Positions 1 to 8,216 of a DNA stretch of 21,550 bases are shown here, piece after piece. The DNA is taken from positions 1 through 21,550 of the forward strand of contig JANWXX010000016.1 of assembly GCA_025057345.1 (NCBI GenBank), read 5' to 3'. This stretch comes from Polyangiaceae bacterium (lineage in GTDB: Bacteria; Myxococcota_A; Polyangia; Polyangiales; Polyangiaceae). Position numbers and translations under genes: made by a program. The notes beneath the pieces are model-generated. The model searched no databases. It saw only the letters and a list, made by a program, of their open reading frames with translations, and had not been told where the DNA came from. Every line of letters begins with the position of its first letter. The first letter of the stretch is position 1.

Positions 1-1321
1 TGGGAATTTCGGCAAGGGGGATGGAGGGGGCAAGCTGCTCCCGAGCAGCCTGGATGGCCTGAGATGTGGCCAAAAGCTGCTCAACAGCCTGGGAGTCGGT
101 GGCAGGCTCCTGGCTGTTGGGCATAGGCTCTTGGGTGATTTCTTGCAACTGTGCCTCCAAGCGCTGCACTCGAAGCGCTTTCTCGCTGGGGAGGGGGATC
201 TTCTCGGAGATGTCGTCTGTCTTGCTGGTGCTCACTACCGAGCCCAGCTCGGCCAGAAGTTCGCGTCGGAGCTGAGCTGTACGGGAGAGAGGGGCCTCCT
301 CCTCGGATTCCGTCTCTGCAAGAGCGGGTGCCTCTCCACTGGGGCGAGGGAGGATGGCCATCAAATCCTCCCGAGACATGACCTCCGTGGAATCTTCGGA
401 GGAGGTGGCCGCGGGGGCCGGGGTAGAGCGATGCGAGGAGGGTGTGAGGGAAAGGTGGATAAGGACTTCCTCCAAGCGTGTGGCAAGCTGGGCAGCGCTG
501 GCAAGGCGCCGGTTGCGATCCTTGATCAAGCAGAGGTCGACCAGGTCACTGAGGGGTGCTGGCACCGAGGGGACCACCTCCCGCAGCGGGCGATGCCGGG
601 AAGTGAGGATCGCCGAGAGTACTGCGTTGTAATGGCCTGGGGGAAAGGGTAGCTCGCCCGAGAGGGCTTCGTAGAGAACTACTCCCAGAGCCCAGATGTC
701 CGTACGATGGTCGATGTCGGACTGTCCACGCGCCTGCTCTGGGGACATGTAGAGCGGTGAGCCGAGGACCGAGCCTACCCGGGTGATCTCCAACGTGGCA
801 TCTCGCCCTTCCAGGATCTTGGATACCCCGAAGTCGAGGAGCTTGGGCACTACCTCACCGTTTCGAGTCCGGTGGAGGAAGATGTTGGAGGGCTTCACGT
901 CCCGATGCACGATCCCTTGCTGATGGGCCTGGTCCAGCGCACTGGCGATCTCCACGAGCAGGGGGCAAAGCTGTATGGGTTCTATTTTACCCATACGCTC
1001 CAGCATGGCATCCAGACCCTCACCTCGGAGGAGTTCCATGACCAGGAAGGGAGCGCCTTCCAACTCCTCGGCGATGCCGAGGTCGTAGATCTCGACGATG
1101 GAGGGGTGGTCGAGTCGACCGCAGATCTTGGCCTCGTTCAAGAAGCGTTGAACGAGCGTGGGCTCCTCGGCGTACTCGGGGAGCATGAACTTGATGGCGA
1201 AGGCGCGGTCGGTGAGCTGGTTACGAGCAGCCCAAACTGCACCCATGGATCCAGAGCCGAGGAGCTTTTCGAGGCGATACTTCCCGCCAACAACGTCGTT
1301 AGGTTGGAGGTATTGGATCAT
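1..1321 (-). CDS. Ser/Thr protein kinase, Hanks type. The N-terminus is intact; the C-terminus runs off the left edge of the window.
   Basis: Minus-strand translation starts MIQYLQPNDVVGGKYRLEKLLGSGSMGAVWAA (Gly-rich loop), then AIKFM (VAIK-like Lys), HRDVKPSNIF (catalytic loop), DFGVSK (DFG) and SPEQ (APE-like). An in-frame TAG lies 6 codons upstream of the ATG at 1319-1321. It is absent from the ORF track only because it has no stop inside the window. The 872..1624 + ORF is its antisense shadow. Confidence 0.85.
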   Translation of the reverse strand, partial: MIQYLQPNDVVGGKYRLEKLLGSGSMGAVWAARNQLTDRAFAIKFMLPEYAEEPTLVQRFLNEAKICGRLDHPSIVEIYDLGIAEELEGAPFLVMELLRGEGLDAMLERMGKIEPIQLCPLLVEIASALDQAHQQGIVHRDVKPSNIFLHRTRNGEVVPKLLDFGVSKILEGRDATLEITRVGSVLGSPLYMSPEQARGQSDIDHRTDIWALGVVLYEALSGELPFPPGHYNAVLSAILTSRHRPLREVVPSVPAPLSDLVDLCLIKDRNRRLASAAQLATRLEEVLIHLSLTPSSHRSTPAPAATSSEDSTEVMSREDLMAILPRPSGEAPALAETESEEEAPLSRTAQLRRELLAELGSVVSTSKTDDISEKIPLPSEKALRVQRLEAQLQEITQEPMPNSQEPATDSQAVEQLLATSQAIQAAREQLAPSIPLAEIP

Positions 1322-1746
1322 CGCCCGTGGGGGGAGAGCCTACGGGTCTCCGGGGAGCCGGTAAAGATCTTGGCGAGGTGGGGTAGGGATGACAAGGGGC
1401 CTCAAGTTCACCCCCGTGGAATTCTCGCTGGAGATTACCACCAGTTCGGCAGGGTGCTTCATGTTTGCGAGCCTCCTCCTGGGCGCACACGAAGGCGGGC
1501 ACTGGGGCTGGCAGCGGGTCTTCCCCCAGATGGTAGCGACTCAGTCCGGCACGAACCTACCTCGCTTGGTCGTCCGCGATCCCGTTGCTCTGCGCATTCA
1601 CGGTACTCGTCTTCCTCCCCATAGGTCACGCTGGTGCCTGCGATGGCTCTAGGGGGTACAGGGGAGATACACGGTGGAAACGGACGTTGTGGTCCTCACT
1701 TAAAGTCTTCTTCTCTCGGCTGTGAAGTTCTACTAGCTATATCGGC

Positions 1747-2523
1747 ATGCGAACGTTTCTTGTCTTGTTCTTTCCCCTGCTGACTGTTATGTGTGCTGCT
1801 TTCCTGGGCTGCGGAGACGAGGATCACACCACCACCGACGTCAACCAGGCTGCCGGAGGGCGCAGTGGTTCAGCCTCTGGTTCATCCGGAACTTCTGGAC
1901 AGAGCGGTTCCGCCGGAGCTTCAGGAGAAGGAGGCGCCATACAAGGGGGCTCCGGAGGGGCTGAGGCAGGCAGCGGCGGTGTCGTAGCCGCTGGTGCCGC
2001 CGGCTCTGTCGGGGGGCCGGAGGGAGCGGGTGGTGGAGCCGGGAGTGGGGGCTCTGATGCTGGGGCCAGCGGGAGCGACCCAGGGCAGGGGGGGAGCGAC
2101 GGGGGAACTGGGGGTACGGATGCCGGTGGAGGTGGATCTACGGAGGCTGGCGCAGGCGGATCCGGTGGTGTACACGACGGTCCCTCGGTAGCGTGGAAGG
2201 ATAAGCCGACAGAGCCCTACTTCATCAAGTGGCAGATCGCCCTCGATTGGGTTTTTTTCTATGAGATCCAGCTCCAAGGGAAGCCCGAGGAAGATTTCCA
2301 ACTTGAGGTGGAGCGCTGCCAGAAGCCTGCGGGTCAGCCAGAAAGCTGCAGCCTAGGGGGCAAGCAGCCGGCGAAAGAAGGCAGCGGGGCGATCAAATAC
2401 GGGGTCGATCCGAGCCAGTATGCCGTTGGAGAAAATACGTACCGACTTGTCCTTCGGCTCTACGAACAAGATGATCTGGTTTCCATGGATGCGCTGAAGA
2501 TTGTCGTCATTGCCGAGCCCTGA
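1747..2523 (+). CDS. Secreted lipoprotein with a Gly/Ser/Ala-rich low-complexity linker and a C-terminal globular domain of unknown function
   Basis: The N-terminus MRTFLVLFFPLLTVMCAAFLGCG is a signal peptide with lipobox L-G-C. About 110 aa of G/S/A/D/T repeats follow, then a non-repetitive ~100-aa C-terminal domain (WKDKPTEPYFIKWQ...). High-GC third-position codon usage is maintained. Confidence 0.7.
   Translation: MRTFLVLFFPLLTVMCAAFLGCGDEDHTTTDVNQAAGGRSGSASGSSGTSGQSGSAGASGEGGAIQGGSGGAEAGSGGVVAAGAAGSVGGPEGAGGGAGSGGSDAGASGSDPGQGGSDGGTGGTDAGGGGSTEAGAGGSGGVHDGPSVAWKDKPTEPYFIKWQIALDWVFFYEIQLQGKPEEDFQLEVERCQKPAGQPESCSLGGKQPAKEGSGAIKYGVDPSQYAVGENTYRLVLRLYEQDDLVSMDALKIVVIAEP
1849..2175 (+). repeat. 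Low-complexity GGC/AGC/GCC-rich coding repeat (Gly/Ser/Ala linker) inside the lipoprotein gene
   Basis: Tandem degenerate gg(n)/ag(c) triplets encode GSGSASGSSGTSGQSGSAGASGEGG...GGSTEAGAGGSGG. A similar tract recurs at the right edge of the window (21390..21550). Confidence 0.6.
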
Positions 2524-2663
2524 TCTCGGCTGAATCGTTGTCGGCTTAGGAGTGCGTCGGAAGTAGCAGTTGGGTGGAGAGGGTTAAGTGGTAGTCAGGT
2601 GGGAGAGGGGTGGGACGTTCTTAGCAGAGGCATAGTCCGTCAAGCTGTCATGCGGGAGTACCC

Positions 2664-3293
2664 ATGGGAAACGATCAAGTCTCCGAGACGAGTAAGAAGT
2701 TGTCGTGGCTGTTGAGGCACGGGGCGGGGAAGGCTGGGCTCTCCATGGATGAGGCGGGGTGGGCGCCGGTGGAGGAGGTGCTAGCAAAGCTGCAGATCTC
2801 TCGGGAGCTACTGGTTCAGGCAGTAGAGGAGAACAGCAAGGCAAGACTAGAAATGGCGGGTGGTCGGATTCGTGCTTGTCAGGGACACTCCCTGGAAGGG
2901 ATGCCAGTCACTCGGGAGGCTTTGGAGGCGTCCTGGAGTGGGTATACTGGTGCTGGGCCGCTATGGCACGGGACGAGCGTGGATGCGGTTCCGTCGATTC
3001 TACGAGAGGGGATCCTGGCGGTTGGTCGTACCCACGTCCACTTGGCGGAGGCGACCGATAGCAAGGTGGGCAAGCGGGCTCGGGTTGATATGCTGCTGGA
3101 AGTATCCGTCGCAGGATTGAGGGCGGCCGGTCTAGGTATCTTCCGGAGCTCCAACGGTGTTCTTCTGGTGAGGTACGTACCGCCTTCCTGTTTGGTTGGG
3201 GTGATCGCACAGACTCCCTCCTGGCAGGTGCAAGCATCTTGGATAACTCGTTCTCGGTGTTCAGCTCACCCAGCCGATTCGAGCACCTCGTAA
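2664..3293 (+). CDS. kptA: RNA 2'-phosphotransferase, Tpt1/KptA family
   Basis: The SKKLSWLLRHGAGKAGLSMDEAGWAPVEEVL N-terminus, the IRACQGHS motif, LWHGTS and HVHL are the conserved Tpt1/KptA blocks. A GGGAG RBS lies 5 nt upstream of the ATG. The C-terminal ~30 aa may be a read-through extension. Confidence 0.8.
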   Translation: MGNDQVSETSKKLSWLLRHGAGKAGLSMDEAGWAPVEEVLAKLQISRELLVQAVEENSKARLEMAGGRIRACQGHSLEGMPVTREALEASWSGYTGAGPLWHGTSVDAVPSILREGILAVGRTHVHLAEATDSKVGKRARVDMLLEVSVAGLRAAGLGIFRSSNGVLLVRYVPPSCLVGVIAQTPSWQVQASWITRSRCSAHPADSSTS

Positions 3294-3356
3294 GTACTTG
3301 GAAGTGATGCTCGTGGGCGCAGTGCGTGATATCGAAGAGACTCTGAACATACTCAA

Positions 3357-4592
3357 GTGGTACGTTGTTGGAGAAGAAGTTGCTCCTTGCGTTCACGCAG
3401 ATCATCTGGGGCTACTTTCATAGGAACAGAAGAACCGAGATCGACTCCGTTTCGAGGGTGGCTCCTTGCGCTGCTTTGTTCTCTCCTGGTGGCCCTCCTC
3501 CCGGCAGAGCGTGTTCTGCGTGCAGCCGCCTTGCTGCATCGGCATGGTAGCTCTGCGCCACCCTCAGGGCTCGGTGTCTACCGGGCCAACTCTGTCGAGG
3601 AGGAGCTGGAGGAGCTTGGTACCGATGGGAGAAGGGTTCGCGCTCGGGCGTATCGCCCTACGGAGCGGAAGGATGCCCCTGCTTTGGTGCTGCTCCATGG
3701 GCTCCACCGCCTCGGCGTGGATGAGCCAAGGCTCCGGGGGTTCGCCCGAGCCCTCGCTAGCTCTGGGGTGCTCGTTTACACCCCCGAAGTAGTGGAGCTT
3801 ACTGACTACCGGATTGCTCCTGCCTCTATAGAAACCATTGGGAGGGCAGCAGTGCGGGCAAGTGAGATTACGGGTCGGAGTCAGGTTGGCGTGATGGGGT
3901 TCAGCTTTGCCGGGGGGCTAGCCCTGCTAGCTGCTGCGGACCACCGCTTCCGGGATAGCATCGCCTTCGTCGTCTCCGTAGGGGGTCACCATGATCTCGA
4001 TCGCGTCGCTCGGTTTTTCCTCGAGGATCGGATCGCCACGGCAGAGGGGAGTGAGCTTCGGATGAAAGCTCATGATTACGGTCTGCTGGTGCTCCTGTAT
4101 GGAGCAGCAGGAGATTTCTTCCCTGGGGAAGATGAAAAGCCTGCTCGGGAGGCCCTGAGGCTATGGTTGTCTGGCGAGCGGGAAGCAGCATGGAAGATAG
4201 CGGAAGGGCTCTCTCAAGCAGGGAGGAAGAAGATGGATGCGATTTTTGCTGAGAAGGGGGCCGAACTGGGTGAGGAGGTCAGGAGGGTGCTGGGCAAGCA
4301 GGAAGCGGCGATGGCTGCGGTATCTCCAGCGGGGAAGTTGAGAGGGGTGAGCGGTCATGTGTACCTGCTCCATGGCTCCGAAGATCGGGTGATCCCACCG
4401 AGTGAGGTGTTGTGGTTGGCTCGGGAGGTACCGGCCTCGCGACTGAAGGCGGTGCTCGTCAGTCCGGCGATCCAGCATGTGGAGCTCCAAGGGAAGCCCT
4501 CGTGGCTGGAGCAAGCTCGGGTGGTGGTTTTCTTGGCATCACTCCTGGATGCGGCGGAGAGGGAGCCGAGGCGGATATGGCTCTGTCCATGA
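3357..4592 (+). CDS. Alpha/beta-fold hydrolase (dienelactone-hydrolase / prolyl-oligopeptidase-like esterase) with an N-terminal membrane anchor. The start codon is uncertain.
   Basis: There is a hydrophobic helix WLLALLCSLLVALLP. The nucleophile elbow is G-F-S-F-A-G-G (GxSxG). The LLHGSEDRVIP acid-loop is present, with a C-terminal His (IQHVE). The track start is GTG at 3357; an internal start is possible. Confidence 0.7.
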   Translation: MVRCWRRSCSLRSRRSSGATFIGTEEPRSTPFRGWLLALLCSLLVALLPAERVLRAAALLHRHGSSAPPSGLGVYRANSVEEELEELGTDGRRVRARAYRPTERKDAPALVLLHGLHRLGVDEPRLRGFARALASSGVLVYTPEVVELTDYRIAPASIETIGRAAVRASEITGRSQVGVMGFSFAGGLALLAAADHRFRDSIAFVVSVGGHHDLDRVARFFLEDRIATAEGSELRMKAHDYGLLVLLYGAAGDFFPGEDEKPAREALRLWLSGEREAAWKIAEGLSQAGRKKMDAIFAEKGAELGEEVRRVLGKQEAAMAAVSPAGKLRGVSGHVYLLHGSEDRVIPPSEVLWLAREVPASRLKAVLVSPAIQHVELQGKPSWLEQARVVVFLASLLDAAEREPRRIWLCP

Positions 4593-4729
4593 ACTGTCAT
4601 CCAAGTGGGGCCATGCTGCCATGGCTGCTGCAGGGGTGACCCGGGGGTGTAGCAGGAGGTTTTCCCTCTTCTTGGTGAGTTGTCACTGTGCTGCCCTAAC
4701 GTGGGGAAGCGACACCGAAGGAGGTGACC

Positions 4730-5278
4730 GTGGCGTACCAGGTTCGTAACCTAGAGAGCAGTGATTTCCCTGCCTTGATGCGCATGGAACGGGAGATCTT
4801 TGGTGCGGCCGGGGAAGAGGTACTGGGGCCTTACTATGTGCGGCTCTGTTGTGATTTCTTCTCCTCGAACTGTTTCCTTGTACTCAGCGACGGGGAACCG
4901 GTGGGTTATCTGCTGAGCTTCCTGAAAGGCCGAGAGGCTTACTGCTCTACCCTAGCGGTGGCTCCTTCCCACCAGGGAACCCGGGCGGTCCACCTTCTCA
5001 TTCGCGCCTTTGTCCGTTCGATCATGGACCAGGTCGACGTCTGCTGGTTTACCGTCTCTGAGGAGAATCAGGCGGCTCGTGCGCTCCACCAGACCCTCGG
5101 AGCTACCGAGGTGGGTCGCCGTCACGATTTCTACGGTCCTGGTGATACTCGGATCGTCTCCTGCATCGACCGGGATGCGTTCCAGAAGCTTCGCCAGCGC
5201 TATGAGAAACTGGGGCTCGTTCCGCCTCGCCCTGCTCCCCGAGCAGAGCCAACAGTGCTTCTGGAGGCGGCCCAGTGA
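4730..5278 (+). CDS. GNAT-fold N-acyltransferase
   Basis: This ~180-aa protein has GNAT-like beta-alpha topology hallmarks (FLVLSDGEPVGYLL ... LAVAPSHQGTRAVHLL ... V..EN..A..L...LG). The strong SD GAAGGAGG at 4717-4724 is followed 5 nt later by GTG 4730, so this start is preferred over the track start of 4724. Its stop TGA overlaps the next gene's GTG (GTGA). Confidence 0.7.
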   Translation: MAYQVRNLESSDFPALMRMEREIFGAAGEEVLGPYYVRLCCDFFSSNCFLVLSDGEPVGYLLSFLKGREAYCSTLAVAPSHQGTRAVHLLIRAFVRSIMDQVDVCWFTVSEENQAARALHQTLGATEVGRRHDFYGPGDTRIVSCIDRDAFQKLRQRYEKLGLVPPRPAPRAEPTVLLEAAQ

Positions 5279-6027
5279 CTACTCTGGAGGCTTTGATACC
5301 CTCCTCCTGGGCACCTCCGCACCCTGGCGTTCTGGTCCTCCACCGGGCGCTCCGGTTGGCGGGTCAGATTGCGGCCGGCTCGCTGCGGGGGTTTGTGAGC
5401 GCTCACGCCGATGCTCTTGGACGGGCACGTTCCCTCCAGGAACAGCTCCGGAAGCTTATGGAGATTCATGGTATCCAAACCAGCGTTGAAGGGGTGCCTC
5501 CTGATGGGCCAAGCGTCGTGGTGTGCAACCACCTCAGCTACCTGGATCCGGTGATCGTTGGCTCGCTGCTCCCCTGCGCCCCTATTGCTAAAGAGGAGCT
5601 TGGAGGCTGGCCGGGCTTTGGTTCTGCTGCTCGGAGCTTCGGCGTGATTTTCGTGCGTCGCGGTGACCCATGGAGTGGGGCACGAGCCTTGCTTCGAGCA
5701 GCTCGCGTACTGCGTCAAGGCGTCTCGGTACTGGCGTTTCCCGAGGGGACTACCACTTCCGGGGAGGTGGTGCTGCGTTTTCGCTGGGGGGTGTTCGGAC
5801 TGGCACGGCGCCTCGGTGTCCCGGTGGTTCCGGTGCGCCTCGACTTCGAGGATACGACCCTAGCCTGGGTGGGGAGGCAGCTTTTCCTCCCTCACTACCT
5901 CCGCACAGCCGCGCGTCCGACTTCTCGGGTACGGGTACGCTTCCTCGACCCGATGTTTCCTCGACCCCATGATGAACCCCGTCTCCTGGCCGCTCATGCA
6001 CGCCAGCTGATCTTCCGAGCACGCTGA
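5275..6027 (+). CDS. Lysophospholipid / 1-acyl-sn-glycerol-3-phosphate acyltransferase family (PlsC-like, HX4D) O-acyltransferase
   Basis: VVCNHLSYLDP is the HX4D catalytic motif. FPEGTTT is the block-III motif, and VPVVPV is the block-IV-like motif. The start overlaps the GNAT stop by 4 nt, and the stop overlaps the next ATG by 1 nt. Confidence 0.8.
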   Translation: MTTLEALIPSSWAPPHPGVLVLHRALRLAGQIAAGSLRGFVSAHADALGRARSLQEQLRKLMEIHGIQTSVEGVPPDGPSVVVCNHLSYLDPVIVGSLLPCAPIAKEELGGWPGFGSAARSFGVIFVRRGDPWSGARALLRAARVLRQGVSVLAFPEGTTTSGEVVLRFRWGVFGLARRLGVPVVPVRLDFEDTTLAWVGRQLFLPHYLRTAARPTSRVRVRFLDPMFPRPHDEPRLLAAHARQLIFRAR

Positions 6028-6968
6028 TGCAACAGCCCGCCTTCGCCTACGTTCGTCACGGGCAAACGCCCTTCTTCCGCCTCCCCACTCGCGATGTTGG
6101 CGTTGATGCGGAAGCCTATCGAGGTATCCAGGCAGTATTGCTTGGCGTACCTTACGACGGAGGTTGTACCCACCATCCTGGCGCTCGTTTCGCCCCCTAT
6201 CATGTGCGAAGGGTCAGCGCGACAACGCAGAGCTTTCATCCATCCCACCGAATCGACGTATTTCAAGCACTCCGGTGTGTGGATGGAGGCAATGCGGCAC
6301 TCCCACCCTTCGCTCCGGCGATGGCCCGAGAGATTCTTCAGCAGGAGATCGGGGCTATCACTTCCGCCCGGGCGCGCCCCTTCGTGGTGGGAGGTGATCA
6401 CTCGATCACGCTTCCGGTACTCCGTGCGCTTGCGGAGGCTCATGGCCCGCTGGCTGTGCTCCACATCGATGCTCACCTGGATACCAGCACCGGGGAGCTC
6501 TGGGGTGATGCCTTCCACCACGGAACACCCTTCCGTCATGCCATCGAGGAGGGCCTCCTTGCCCGGGATGCACTTGTGCAGGTGGGGATCCGCGCGCCCT
6601 GGGGTACTCCGGAGGAGGATGCGCTGGTAAAGGGGTATGGAGGTCGTATCCTGTCGCCCTTCGAGCTTCAGGATCCACGTACTCTGGCTCGGGAGCTCCG
6701 TGGTCACTTCGGGGGTCGCCCACTCTACGTCAGCATTGATGTGGATGGGATTGATCCTTCCTTTGCCCCCGGTACAGGGACACCGGTCCCCTGCGGACTC
6801 ACCCCCCGGGAGGTCACCTCACTACTCCGGGGCCTTGCTGGCTGCCGTCTTGTGGGTATGGATGTGGTGGAAGTCTGTCCCGCCCTCGATCATGCGGACC
6901 TGACCTCGCTCCTGGCTGCCCATCTGATCTTCGAGGGCTTGGCGCTAGCAGCTCTTGCCGGTGAGTAG
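6027..6968 (+). CDS. Ureohydrolase of the arginase/agmatinase/formiminoglutamase family (agmatinase-like)
   Basis: The Mn-binding signature blocks are GGDHSIT, DAHLD(T) and SIDVDGIDPSFAPGTGTP. The ATG overlaps the upstream stop (TGATG). Confidence 0.85.
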   Translation: MQQPAFAYVRHGQTPFFRLPTRDVGVDAEAYRGIQAVLLGVPYDGGCTHHPGARFAPYHVRRVSATTQSFHPSHRIDVFQALRCVDGGNAALPPFAPAMAREILQQEIGAITSARARPFVVGGDHSITLPVLRALAEAHGPLAVLHIDAHLDTSTGELWGDAFHHGTPFRHAIEEGLLARDALVQVGIRAPWGTPEEDALVKGYGGRILSPFELQDPRTLARELRGHFGGRPLYVSIDVDGIDPSFAPGTGTPVPCGLTPREVTSLLRGLAGCRLVGMDVVEVCPALDHADLTSLLAAHLIFEGLALAALAGE

Positions 6969-7025
6969 AGCGAGGGAGAAGCCTGGGGGCTAGTGGATCC
7001 TCGGTGAGGGGGTAATGCCTTTCGA

Positions 7026-8108
7026 TCACTGGAGGCTTGTCGGTGCAGCTAGGTCGGTCCAACGCCAAAGCTCCCGGAACACCGGGCAGCGTCCTGGCTC
7101 TCCGAGACACAAGGAGGCACGCCCTGCCTCCAGCTCTTCTCGTAGCTCTTGTCCACTGACTCCCCATGCTCGGGCGCAGGCCAGGTTCCGTGCTGCTGCC
7201 GCCAGCACCAGCATTGGCTTGGGGGAAGGGAGTATCAACGGCGATGGAGGGCGTGGGCAGGCCTGCCGGTGCTCGGAGCGAGCAAGATCATCGGTAAGGG
7301 AAAATTCACCTCCTGGAAGGGATCGTGCTAGCCACCCGTGCCCTGCTAGGACTACTGCGCCGCTGGCCTCCCCGCAGGGCAGAGGTACCGTGGCCCGGAA
7401 TGGACCTTCCACCCGAAGATCGGGCCTCCCATCGCCATCCTCGTCGCTCGCCGCCAGGGGCCCCACCTCCCCAGCTATCCTTCGCGCAGGCTCATAGAGT
7501 TCAACTTGGTTAGTATGGAAAGTCCACACATCTGCCCGCTCATCAGCGATCTGGGCCTCGCGTCCGCAGGCGAAGAAGGCCCGGGATCTTCGGAGGAAAA
7601 GTTCGGGCTCGCCGTCGCTGTCCCAATCGTAGGCCAATGCCTGAACGATGCGGAGTGGGTGGCCGCCGACGAGATCCTGGAGGGTTGGTCCCGCGGTGAC
7701 TACGCCGGAGGGAGAGACATGGGCAACATGCCACCGGATCTGGGCACAGCTCCCGCCCTTGCAGGAGGTCGCGTTGGCCTTCTCGATAGCGAGGGCCCAG
7801 GAGGTACGGTCGAGGCATCCGCAGGGGGTGCGTGTCAGGTCTGGAACCGGGTCCCCTTGTAGCTCCTCGCTTGCGGCCAAGGCACGATTCATTGCCTGGC
7901 GGGAGGAGTCTTCGATTTTCCGGCAGGCCTCCTCGGCGGCGGGGGTACGAACGAAGGCAGGAGGAGGGGGAGAGGAAGATGGCTGAGGAGGTGTGGCAAA
8001 GGGCGGCACTGAAGGGGCATAGGTGAGCGAGGTAGGTCGTGGCAGGGGAGTGGGCGGAGCAGGGGAGGAGCAGGCGGCCAGCAGGAGGAGCAGGAGCAGA
8101 CGTCGCAC
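7026..8108 (-). CDS. Lipoprotein with a Pro-rich linker and FG-GAP/Asp-box-like repeats
   Basis: MRRLLLLLLLAACSS is a signal peptide with lipobox L-A-A-C. The repeats are DWDSDGEPELFL and ASDEDGDGRPDL (DxDxDG, calcium-binding beta-propeller-like). No antisense alternative has a convincing signal. Confidence 0.6.
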   Translation of the reverse strand: MRRLLLLLLLAACSSPAPPTPLPRPTSLTYAPSVPPFATPPQPSSSPPPPAFVRTPAAEEACRKIEDSSRQAMNRALAASEELQGDPVPDLTRTPCGCLDRTSWALAIEKANATSCKGGSCAQIRWHVAHVSPSGVVTAGPTLQDLVGGHPLRIVQALAYDWDSDGEPELFLRRSRAFFACGREAQIADERADVWTFHTNQVELYEPARRIAGEVGPLAASDEDGDGRPDLRVEGPFRATVPLPCGEASGAVVLAGHGWLARSLPGGEFSLTDDLARSEHRQACPRPPSPLILPSPKPMLVLAAAARNLACARAWGVSGQELREELEAGRASLCLGEPGRCPVFRELWRWTDLAAPTSLQ

Positions 8109-8216
8109 AGGGGCAAGGTAGCACGCTCGGACGGCCCTCCTGCCTAGGCAGGCAGCTCATCCGACGGAGTGAAGCGCAAGGGAGGCTCGCAGGGCCATGG
8201 CCTGTTCCCACATGGC

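Noticed and set aside
872-1624. 250-aa + strand ORF
   Set aside because: It is antisense to the Ser/Thr kinase, whose motifs are unambiguous on the minus strand. Its translation is Gly/Leu/Val-rich with no motifs. It is a typical high-GC shadow ORF.
1322-1746. A 425-bp divergent intergenic region with a possible 40-aa minus-strand leader ORF (MKHPAELVV...)
   Set aside because: It shows no conservation signal, no RBS and no recognisable RNA structure. It is most likely just the shared promoter region of the kinase and lipoprotein genes.
4600-4640. Imperfect palindrome-like GCCATGCTGCCATGGCTGCTGCAGG upstream of the GNAT operon
   Set aside because: The arms are not truly complementary on inspection. 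It reflects a CATGG/CTGC repetition rather than a dyad.
7543-8211. 222-aa minus-strand ORF in an alternative frame within the lipoprotein gene
   Set aside because: It is an out-of-frame overlap. Its translation is Pro/Arg/Cys-rich. The lipobox-bearing frame (7026..8108) is preferred.
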